Below, one piece after another: positions 48,867 to 56,610 of a DNA stretch of 64,000 bases. Within the stretch, counting starts at the first letter, position 1. The number at the start of each line of letters is the position of its first letter. The notes beneath the pieces are model-generated. The model was not told the DNA's origin. It saw only the letters and a list, made by a program, of their open reading frames with translations, and did not search any database. The translations under genes were made by a program, and so were the position numbers. Source of the DNA: an uncultured delta proteobacterium (GTDB lineage Bacteria > Myxococcota > Kuafuiibacteriia > Kuafuiibacteriales > Kuafuiibacteriaceae); the NCBI GenBank assembly GCA_963803435.1, contig CAWDML010000008.1, positions 640,001 to 704,000 of the forward strand. Direction: 5' to 3'.

Positions 48867-51800
48867 TCAGACCGGCTCGCCGAGCGGGACGTGGTTCAGC
48901 CCGCCGTCGGGGACCACGCTCGGCGGGGTGCGTGGCGCGGCGGTGGGGCAACGCTTGCCGTCTCTCATCTCGTACGTCTCGGTGCCGTGCTCCTCGCGGA
49001 GGATCGCACCGTCGCGCGGGAGCGGGAGCACATGGTCGAGCACGCCCGGCTCGACCTCGACGACCGCGTTCCAGTCGAATCCCATCCGCTCGAACGTCGG
49101 AGGATCGGTGACGTGGAACTTCGCGCCGCCCCTGATGACGTAGATCTCGCCGCGATCCTGCGCGCGGACCAGGGCATCATCGGTGAGCTTGGCGAGCTCG
49201 GAGGGCGAGGGCGGCGCCTTCTCTCCGATCCCGAAGCGGCCGTCGGTCGCGGCCCAGCCGTTCTCGAAGCTCTGCGTCCACAAGCCGCCACCGTCGTCCC
49301 GGGCGTGCGCCAGCGGCCTCCCGAGCTCTCGCGGATGGGCGACCCACGCGTCCAGGATGCGGCCGGCCATCCAGTGGTCGTGTCCGTTGAACTTGACCCA
49401 GCCCAGATCGTTCGTCGATCCGTGCTCGAAGTCCTGCTGCCAGACGCCCTGCGCGTCCTGATACGCCTCGTTGATCGGCGCGCCGAGCGCGAGCGGTGCT
49501 TGCAGCCAGGCGTCGAGCTTACCGAAGCACAGCCAGTGCTGGTGATCGCGGAAGTAGACCTGGCCGTCCTGGCGCACCCAGCCCCGCTCGAACTCCTGCG
49601 TCCACTGTCCAATGTGGTCGGGCACGGTGGCATCCCCCACCGGCCGCCCGAGCTGCTTCGCATACTTCAGGGACGACTCGAGCAGCCGGCCGTCGGTCCC
49701 CGACTCGACGCGCACGTCGGTGAACAGCACGTTGCCGTCATCGCCGCTGAACGCGATGCCGCCGAAGGGCGCACCGGAGGCGCCCAGGAGATCACGCGTC
49801 AGGTCGAGGCGGACGTCGATCCACTCGCCCACGGGGAGGTTGAGCGCGTTGCCGACGCGGCCCCACGGATAGTCCGGCTTGACCGTCGCGACGCTGCCCC
49901 CCTCGAAGCCCCAGCGGTGCTCCCAGTCCCCGATCAGCGTCTGCAGGACGAGCTGCGCTTCGGTCGACTTCAGGAACAGCTTGAACCGGATCGCCCGCAC
50001 GCCCCACGGCGTATCGCCGGCGCTGCCCATCGTGCGCGTGAAGTGATTGTTGCCGGTGGGACGGAGCCCGTCAGGCTCCGTGAAGGGCGCACCGCCCAGC
50101 CATTCGGTACCCTTGCCGTCGAGGTGGTGTACCAGCAGGAACGGCGAGCCGATCCAGGACGCGTAACCGTCGAGCTTCACCTGCCCGTATTCGTTGACCG
50201 CGCCCTTGGTGAACCGCTGGTACGCAAAGCCGCTCGGAGCCCGGGCCATCTCACCGATCGGCGCGCCCAGGTGCTTCGCGTAGCGGAGATAGGTACGGAG
50301 GATGTCGCCCTTGAGCGGCGCCGCTGAGGACCCGCCGGTGGCCTGGGCCTTGGCCCGGGGCGGGCCCGTCTTCTGCGGAGGCGGTGGGGGCGCGCTCTCC
50401 GGCTCGAGCTCGATCTGGTTCGAGACCACCGCGCGGATCCGAGCGATCGACGCGTCCTTGCCGAGGAGCGCCAGCATGTGCTCGAGGGGCATGCCCTCAC
50501 CGGCGCCGGTGAGCGCCCAGGTGAGCGCGTTAGCGTAGGCGGGGAAGCTGAGCTGCTCTCTCCGATTGAGCTCGGTCAGCCTCTCCCGCACCTCGGCGAG
50601 GGTCCAGCTCCTCAACCCCTCGAGGTGATCGGCGACCGTACCGAGGATGCGCTTCGTCTCCGGGGTGAGGAGCGCCTGGGCGCTCCGATCGCCGTAGCGT
50701 GGCGTCTCCAGGACGAACCGTCCCATCGCGATCGCCTCGCCGTACGTGGAGGCGCGGCCGCGGACAGTGTGAACCAGCGCCGCGGAGGCGGCGGGCGAGA
50801 GCGAGCCCATGAGCTCCGGATCGAAGGACTCGAGCACCTTCCTGAGCCGGGAGGGATCGAGCTCCGCGATGTACCTCTTGTTCCGCTCCAGCAGATCTTC
50901 GTAACCGATGCGCGTCGGCGTCTTGCTGAAGCCGAACCGGTCGAAGGTCTCGGCCAGCTCGTCGAGTGTCTTCAGGCGGCCGTCGTCTCTTCCCGCGCGC
51001 GTTCCCAGCCGCGCCAGATGGTTGACCAGCACCTCGGGCGCGATCCCGAGCTCCTTCAGCGCCAGGACCGAAGCCGCCCCGTTGCGTTTGGAGAGCTTCT
51101 CGCCGCCTTCGTCGCCGAGGATGTGCGGGACATGGAAGAACTCGGGCGGCGGCTGGCCCAGCGCGCGGTAGATGCAGAGCTGCCGGGCGGCGTTCAGGAG
51201 GTGATCCTCTCCGCGGACCACGTGCGTGATGTTCTGCTCGATGTCGTCGACGGTGTTGGCGAGGAGGAAGGTCGCGGTGCGATCCTCGGGACGCGCACCG
51301 GCGCGGAGGATCACGAAGTCGCGCATGCCGTCGTCATCGAGGAGGCCCACCTCGAGCGATCCCTTGGCCCGATCCTCGAGGACGATCGTCTCTTGCTCCG
51401 GCATGCGGAACCAGATGGCGCCGTTCTTCTCGTAGGCGTGCCCCGAAGCGATCAGCTTCTCGGCCGCCTCCCGGTAGAGCTCACCGCGCCGCGACTGAAA
51501 CTCCACCTCGTCCTTTTTCCACTCGATCCCGGCGTACTCGAGGGCCTCTTTGGCGGCTTCGACGTACTCGGGTCGCGAGCTGGCGCGATCGGTGTCCTCG
51601 AAGCGGAGCAGAAAGTCGGCGCCGAGCTGCTTGGCGAGCCGATAGTTCACCAGCGCCATCCACAGGTTGCCCGGATGGAGGAGGCCGGAGGGGCTGGGCG
51701 CGACCCGGAGCCGCGGCTTTCGAGCGGGCGCGCTGTCGCCTCTGAGCTCGCGGAGGCTGGTCTCCTTCGTGCGCCGCGGCTCGGTGAGCACGAAGCGCCG

Positions 51801-52628
51801 AAGGCGGCGGTCCTTGGGCGCCTCGAAGCGATCGAGCTTCGGGGTGTCGAGCTCGATGCGGACGCCTTCGGACGCGTTCCACAGCAGGCGGCCGCGCTCG
51901 AAGGTCTGCACCATGTCCCCCGAGACCTTGCGCTCCTCGCTCGTGGGCAGGCCCAAAAGCTCGTACGGCGGGCGCCCCTTCGTCTCTCTGAGCTGCGAGG
52001 GGGCGTCGTACACGAGGGCGAAGCCATGGTTCACCTGGAAGCTCTGTCCGAGGCGCGGGTTGTAGCACCAGAAGACGTCGCCCCAGTCGGTGGGCGGGCC
52101 GCCGGTGGTGCGCTGCCGTTGCTCGTCGCTCTGGCGGACCTGCGCGACCAGCCACTCGCGGATCTGGTCGCCGTTCCACCCTTCGCCGCGCTTCGCCTGG
52201 GCATGTCCGAGCCAGACCGCATGTCCGATCGGATCGCTGGGACGCCCGAGCTCCGACCAGTAGACCGACTCCACCAGCGTCTCGAGCGACGCGTTTCCGG
52301 CGAGGCGCGCGAACTCCTCGCTCGTGCGGACCTCGCCCACCATCGTGGCGCGGGCGGTGTCTGCGTCGAGGCCCGAGAGCCTCGGCCCCCAGTGCGCCAG
52401 ATGTCTCTCGAGCGGCCCCTCCTCGACGCGCGCGAGCTCGGAGAGATAGACGGAGCGGATCAGGGCGGGCAGGTCGACGTCGCCGTCGCAGCGCTCGCCG
52501 CCCCGCGAGCCGGGCATGCGTCGGATGGTGCCGCCGTCGAGCCCGAGCGTCTGGTTGAAGGCGAGGGCCGGGAGCGCGTCGCCCGCCGGTGCGAGCCGAG
52601 CCTCGCGGATGACCTGCAGCGCGTCCAT
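48867..52628 (-). CDS. 1253-aa fusion: DUF4214-like repeats + LGFP-like repeat + glutamyl-tRNA synthetase-like module + LGFP-like repeats + beta-sandwich + C-terminal repeat domain
   Basis: RVAPSPSGLLHPGN, LRFEDTD, QSRR, NTVDD, THVVRGEDHL, KLSKR, anticodon domain ALTG...LLGK, at ~51720-50430. ATG 52628 overlaps the upstream TGA. Confidence 0.88.
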   Translation of the reverse strand: MDALQVIREARLAPAGDALPALAFNQTLGLDGGTIRRMPGSRGGERCDGDVDLPALIRSVYLSELARVEEGPLERHLAHWGPRLSGLDADTARATMVGEVRTSEEFARLAGNASLETLVESVYWSELGRPSDPIGHAVWLGHAQAKRGEGWNGDQIREWLVAQVRQSDEQRQRTTGGPPTDWGDVFWCYNPRLGQSFQVNHGFALVYDAPSQLRETKGRPPYELLGLPTSEERKVSGDMVQTFERGRLLWNASEGVRIELDTPKLDRFEAPKDRRLRRFVLTEPRRTKETSLRELRGDSAPARKPRLRVAPSPSGLLHPGNLWMALVNYRLAKQLGADFLLRFEDTDRASSRPEYVEAAKEALEYAGIEWKKDEVEFQSRRGELYREAAEKLIASGHAYEKNGAIWFRMPEQETIVLEDRAKGSLEVGLLDDDGMRDFVILRAGARPEDRTATFLLANTVDDIEQNITHVVRGEDHLLNAARQLCIYRALGQPPPEFFHVPHILGDEGGEKLSKRNGAASVLALKELGIAPEVLVNHLARLGTRAGRDDGRLKTLDELAETFDRFGFSKTPTRIGYEDLLERNKRYIAELDPSRLRKVLESFDPELMGSLSPAASAALVHTVRGRASTYGEAIAMGRFVLETPRYGDRSAQALLTPETKRILGTVADHLEGLRSWTLAEVRERLTELNRREQLSFPAYANALTWALTGAGEGMPLEHMLALLGKDASIARIRAVVSNQIELEPESAPPPPPQKTGPPRAKAQATGGSSAAPLKGDILRTYLRYAKHLGAPIGEMARAPSGFAYQRFTKGAVNEYGQVKLDGYASWIGSPFLLVHHLDGKGTEWLGGAPFTEPDGLRPTGNNHFTRTMGSAGDTPWGVRAIRFKLFLKSTEAQLVLQTLIGDWEHRWGFEGGSVATVKPDYPWGRVGNALNLPVGEWIDVRLDLTRDLLGASGAPFGGIAFSGDDGNVLFTDVRVESGTDGRLLESSLKYAKQLGRPVGDATVPDHIGQWTQEFERGWVRQDGQVYFRDHQHWLCFGKLDAWLQAPLALGAPINEAYQDAQGVWQQDFEHGSTNDLGWVKFNGHDHWMAGRILDAWVAHPRELGRPLAHARDDGGGLWTQSFENGWAATDGRFGIGEKAPPSPSELAKLTDDALVRAQDRGEIYVIRGGAKFHVTDPPTFERMGFDWNAVVEVEPGVLDHVLPLPRDGAILREEHGTETYEMRDGKRCPTAAPRTPPSVVPDGGLNHVPLGEPV

Positions 52629-55600
52629 CACGCGTTCGACCCTCCCGGCGGGAGCACGATTGACCGCACGTTGACCGTCCGCTCCAGGTACGGCGCGTCT
52701 TTTCGATCGCGCTCGACGCGGCCGGCGCCGTCGGCGAACAAGGTGTCCGAGTGCACCACGCCGATGGCTCCGGGATGGACACGCATGGTCGCCTGGGCAT
52801 GCTCCACCACCGAGAGGCCCATCGACTGGGCGACCGCGCCGAGGCAGTTCCGCGCCTCGTAGTCGGGCGTATGGCCGAGCTCCGGATACGCAAAGTTGTC
52901 CTCGCCGATCATCAGCGGGTAGCCGAGCGCTGCCGCCTTGTTGAGCGCGTGGCGGTACAGGAGCCGCAGATCCTCGTCCGTCCCGCCGCCGTCCGGCTGC
53001 GGGAAGTCGAGCCAGAGGACCGGGCCTTCGTAGCCGTCGAAGGACCCGTGAAAGGCCTTGAGCAAGCTGCGGTAGCGCTGCTGGTCGCCGTCCATCACTC
53101 GGAGCTGGCGGACGTTGGCGTCGAGGAGGTGGCTCGCCATCGCCCAGTGGCGGCCGTTGGCCAGCCACGCCATCGAGTAGCAGCCGCTGAGCGGCGCCTC
53201 GAGGAAGGCGAGGAAGCTGTCGTCGTCGATCGCGTACTTGCCGCTCTCCGGCGACGCGCCCAGGCCCTCGGTCGCGGCGAGGATCGAACGGGCAGCGTCG
53301 GCGAAGGCCGGGCCACCGATCCGGGTCAGCGCCGGCAGCGCCCGCTCCAGCAGCGGTCGCAGCCCGAGCATCGCGACCGTCGGATCGCCCGGCCTCGAAG
53401 CGACGCCCTGCTGGAGCTCGAGCAGCGCGATCACGTCGCTGACGATGCCCAGGCTCCTCGCCGTGTTCGGGCGATCCTCGTCGTTCTTGTCGAGCTCGTG
53501 GAACTCGGCGATCAGCTCGTCGCGCAGCGCGCTCGCGCTCCTCAGCGACGGCGCGTCCCAGAGGAACGGTCCGTCCGGACCTGCGCCCAGCTCGATACTC
53601 TCGGTCATCGCTAGACCGATCCTCTCGAGCGATCCGAGGAGCGGCGAGAGCTCCGCGGCCGGTTGCGCGGGCTGCTCCGCGAAGGTGACGCTCGTGCGCT
53701 TGAAGTATTCCTGGGCCCAGAGCGCCATCATCGCGAGCAGCGCCTGGTTGGCCGCGCCCTTGTACTTGAGCTCGGGGTACGTCCCTTCGGCTTCGGCGCG
53801 GATCGCCGACAGCAGCTTGGGGCGAAGATAGGCCTGGTCGAAGCCGTCGGCGTTGGAGCCTCCGCTCTTGTAGAGCGCGAGGTAGAGGTTCAGCTGCCTC
53901 GCCACGCGCGCGATGTGCTCGGCCCCCCGTTCGGTGACGCGCCCCTGGGTGAGCTCGAGGAGATCGACGCCTTCCAGCGTACCGGCCTTCGAGCCCTCGC
54001 CTCGATCCCGGATCGGATCGCGCCCGGCCGACAGCCCCTGAGCGATCAGATCGAGGGACGCATGCGCCACCTCGTTGCGCCGGAACGCCACTGCGACGTC
54101 GTCGATCGCCGAGGTCATTGCCCGCGCGGATGAGGTGGAGCGGGCGCAGGCATCGATCAGATCGGTGCGGTTCGCCTCGACCAGCCCGTAAACGAAGTCT
54201 CGACACGCGCGCGCACCCGCGCGGCTCTTGCCGACCCGCTCGAGGCGCTGCTCCACCCACGCCACCTGGCTCGCCGACAGATGCACAGCGGCCGTCAGCG
54301 CGAGCTCGGGTGGGATCGCCGGGTGGGCGGCGCGAAACTTCGAGAGTCGAAAGTCGCCCGCCGCAAGGAGCGTGCGCGCGGGGACGACCTCACTGCGCAG
54401 CAGCTTCTCGGGATGCGCCAGGGAGAGACGCCAGTCGGCCAGGACGCGCGTCATCTGCCGCTCGGGATTGACGCTGATCTGCCCCACACGGTGGGCGAGC
54501 TGGATCGCGGACCGCGCGGTCTCGGTCTGACCCGCGCGATCCGCAGGGGCATCCGCGCGCGCGGCGTCGAGGAGCGCGTACCAGAGGGGGAGGGGATCGA
54601 CGCGGTGCGGGCTCTTCGGATCGACGAGCGCCTCCACGCCGGGCCGACCGTCACCGTCGCGCCCGATCAAGGAGGCGACGTCGACGAGCGGGAGCGTCGC
54701 CTTCACCCTCGCGAGCGCCTGCAACAGCGGCTCCGGATCCTCGACCGCCAGGTGCGCGATGGGCGCGATCATCTGCTCGCGTTTGCTGCCGAGCTCCGGA
54801 TGGCCCGCGATCGCGTCCTTCGCGCGCCTGTATCGCTCCGCGAACGCGACGAGATCCGGGAGCGTCCGTCCGTCGCTCGGGCTGACGACCTCCTCGGCGA
54901 GGGCGCGGAGCAGCGGAGCGTCGCCCTCGGGTCCAGCGGCGAGCGCGACGAAGAGCCGCCACGGCTCGCGCGTGACACCGAGCGCCTCCGGCGACACACC
55001 GCTCAGCTCGACCAGCGACGCGGCCAGATCGGGTCCGGGCGGTCGCTCGGGGTTCGTCAGGCGCAGCCGCTCGAGGGCGATCGTCGCTCCGGGCGAGCCG
55101 GCCAGTGGAAGGACCCAAGCGGCGAGGTTCGGGTTCGGGCTCGAGGCGAGCGACTCCACCGCGCGAAAGAGACCCTCCGGACCGGCGGGGCTGGCCTCGA
55201 TCACCCGGATCAGCGCGCGCGCGAGCGGCGTGTCCCGTCCCGCGAGCGTCGCCAGCAGGGGTTCGCGGAGCGGCGCGGTCGACGCGAGCGATCGCGTCAC
55301 CGCCGACGCCAGCGGATCCGGATCTCCTCGTGCGATCGCCTCACCGAGCAGCTCGGCGAGATGAGAGGCGACGCCCAGCGAGAAGCCCTCGCGCGGGGAC
55401 GCCGCCGACAAGAGACGGGTGACCTTCGACCATGCGCTGCCCTGCTCGAGGAACCCGGCGGGCGTTCGGACGAGATCGGCCTGCTCACTGAGGTTCGGGT
55501 GCGCGGCCAGCGCGGCGCCGAGCCCGGGCGCCGCCTCGAAGCGCTCGATGAGCTCGGCGACGCTGGCCGCGGCCATCTCGCCGACCGACACCTGACCGGC

Positions 55601-56116
55601 GTCCGTCCAGCCGAGCTCCGCCGCGCGGCGTGAGCAGGCGTCCATCAAGGCGGCCACGGTGAGGATGGTCGGGACCAGGCTCTGCTTGTTGGCATTCTCC
55701 TCGAGGAGGCAGCGGAGCGCACCGAGGCTCCTCTCCGAGAGCTCGCTTCGCCGGCTCGGCTCGACCAGGTCGAGCTGCTGGGAGAGGGCGGCGTAGAAGC
55801 GCTTCAGGGCGTCCGCGAGCGGTCGGGTCTCGGCGAGACCAAGCCTCTTCGCGACGAATACGACGGCGGCGGCGTCGCCGATTGCGCCGCTCAGGCTCGC
55901 CTCATGGCGCGCGGCGATCGGAGGCGGAACGCCTGCCCCGATCAGGGCGGCCGCGTCGCTCGCCGATCGCTTGACCGCGTGCACTTCGACGGACGCCTGA
56001 GTCGAGGTCTCGGCGATGCGCGCGCGCCAGCGCTGGACCCGCTCGAGCCACGGTCCACGCCCTCTCGCGGCCTGAGAAACGAGAGACACGTGAGCGTCGA
56101 GTCTACCAGAAGTCAT
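52628..56116 (-). CDS. 1162-aa hypothetical protein: helical N-terminal region and conserved C-terminal domain shared with 56611..58090
   Basis: Long ORF with ATGA/TGATG coupling at both ends; C-terminal GCYS...LLDAN...PVLWLD...HALNKA motifs. Confidence 0.82.
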   Translation of the reverse strand: MTSGRLDAHVSLVSQAARGRGPWLERVQRWRARIAETSTQASVEVHAVKRSASDAAALIGAGVPPPIAARHEASLSGAIGDAAAVVFVAKRLGLAETRPLADALKRFYAALSQQLDLVEPSRRSELSERSLGALRCLLEENANKQSLVPTILTVAALMDACSRRAAELGWTDAGQVSVGEMAAASVAELIERFEAAPGLGAALAAHPNLSEQADLVRTPAGFLEQGSAWSKVTRLLSAASPREGFSLGVASHLAELLGEAIARGDPDPLASAVTRSLASTAPLREPLLATLAGRDTPLARALIRVIEASPAGPEGLFRAVESLASSPNPNLAAWVLPLAGSPGATIALERLRLTNPERPPGPDLAASLVELSGVSPEALGVTREPWRLFVALAAGPEGDAPLLRALAEEVVSPSDGRTLPDLVAFAERYRRAKDAIAGHPELGSKREQMIAPIAHLAVEDPEPLLQALARVKATLPLVDVASLIGRDGDGRPGVEALVDPKSPHRVDPLPLWYALLDAARADAPADRAGQTETARSAIQLAHRVGQISVNPERQMTRVLADWRLSLAHPEKLLRSEVVPARTLLAAGDFRLSKFRAAHPAIPPELALTAAVHLSASQVAWVEQRLERVGKSRAGARACRDFVYGLVEANRTDLIDACARSTSSARAMTSAIDDVAVAFRRNEVAHASLDLIAQGLSAGRDPIRDRGEGSKAGTLEGVDLLELTQGRVTERGAEHIARVARQLNLYLALYKSGGSNADGFDQAYLRPKLLSAIRAEAEGTYPELKYKGAANQALLAMMALWAQEYFKRTSVTFAEQPAQPAAELSPLLGSLERIGLAMTESIELGAGPDGPFLWDAPSLRSASALRDELIAEFHELDKNDEDRPNTARSLGIVSDVIALLELQQGVASRPGDPTVAMLGLRPLLERALPALTRIGGPAFADAARSILAATEGLGASPESGKYAIDDDSFLAFLEAPLSGCYSMAWLANGRHWAMASHLLDANVRQLRVMDGDQQRYRSLLKAFHGSFDGYEGPVLWLDFPQPDGGGTDEDLRLLYRHALNKAAALGYPLMIGEDNFAYPELGHTPDYEARNCLGAVAQSMGLSVVEHAQATMRVHPGAIGVVHSDTLFADGAGRVERDRKDAPYLERTVNVRSIVLPPGGSNA

Positions 56117-56559
56117 CCAGACCGGTCGCCCAAAACGAAGAGGCAGTCCCAGACGGTGGCGTGATTGCGAATCCAGTCGGCGCGCTCCTCGAGCTCGCCG
56201 GTGGAGAGAACCAGCGTGTCGTGCCTCTCCAGGATCCGTCTCACGTCACCCGCTCGGCGATCGAGCGGGTGTCCGTCGAGATCGACCTCCACGGCGAGCC
56301 GGTAGTCGAGCGCGGCGAACGGGCCGAGATACGAGAGCTGGAGCCGGATCGCGCCGATCTCCAGCTCCTCGGAGAGATCGTACTCGCCGCGGGTCCCCGG
56401 TCGGGTCCCCGGGTCGAGGGACTCGAGGTCCCGCACGATGGCCTTCGAGATCACACCCTTCGGGTCGTAGCTCCAGACGACGGACGGGTCTTCCCACGGG
56501 CTCACCAGCGCCCGACGCGGATAGAAGTGTGCGATCGCGCGCTCGACCTCCGGCCTCAC
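56113..56559 (-). CDS. Small hypothetical protein, paralog of 48433..48864 (immunity-like)
   Basis: See paralog motifs; stop overlaps the start of the 1162-aa gene; TAAACT 6 nt before GTG. Confidence 0.82.
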   Translation of the reverse strand: MRPEVERAIAHFYPRRALVSPWEDPSVVWSYDPKGVISKAIVRDLESLDPGTRPGTRGEYDLSEELEIGAIRLQLSYLGPFAALDYRLAVEVDLDGHPLDRRAGDVRRILERHDTLVLSTGELEERADWIRNHATVWDCLFVLGDRSG

Positions 56560-56610
56560 CCGCGCAGTTTAGCGCGACGCCGGCCGCTCTCACGCCGATA
56601 ATCCCGGGTC
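56560..56610. promoter_or_regulatory. Compact divergent, apparently leaderless promoter pair
   Basis: Minus strand TAAACT (56566-56571) 6 nt before GTG 56559; plus strand GATAAT (56597-56602) 8 nt before GTG 56611; no SD on either side. Confidence 0.55.

Noticed and set aside
48867-52628. Labelling this gene as housekeeping gltX
   Set aside because: About 800 extra residues, altered motifs and non-housekeeping context; gene symbol withheld.
52629-54260. N-terminal 544 aa of the 1797-aa ORF 48867..54260
   Set aside because: Arg/Gly/Ala-rich out-of-frame shadow of the real 52628..56116 gene; the coupled ATG at 52628 is the credible start.
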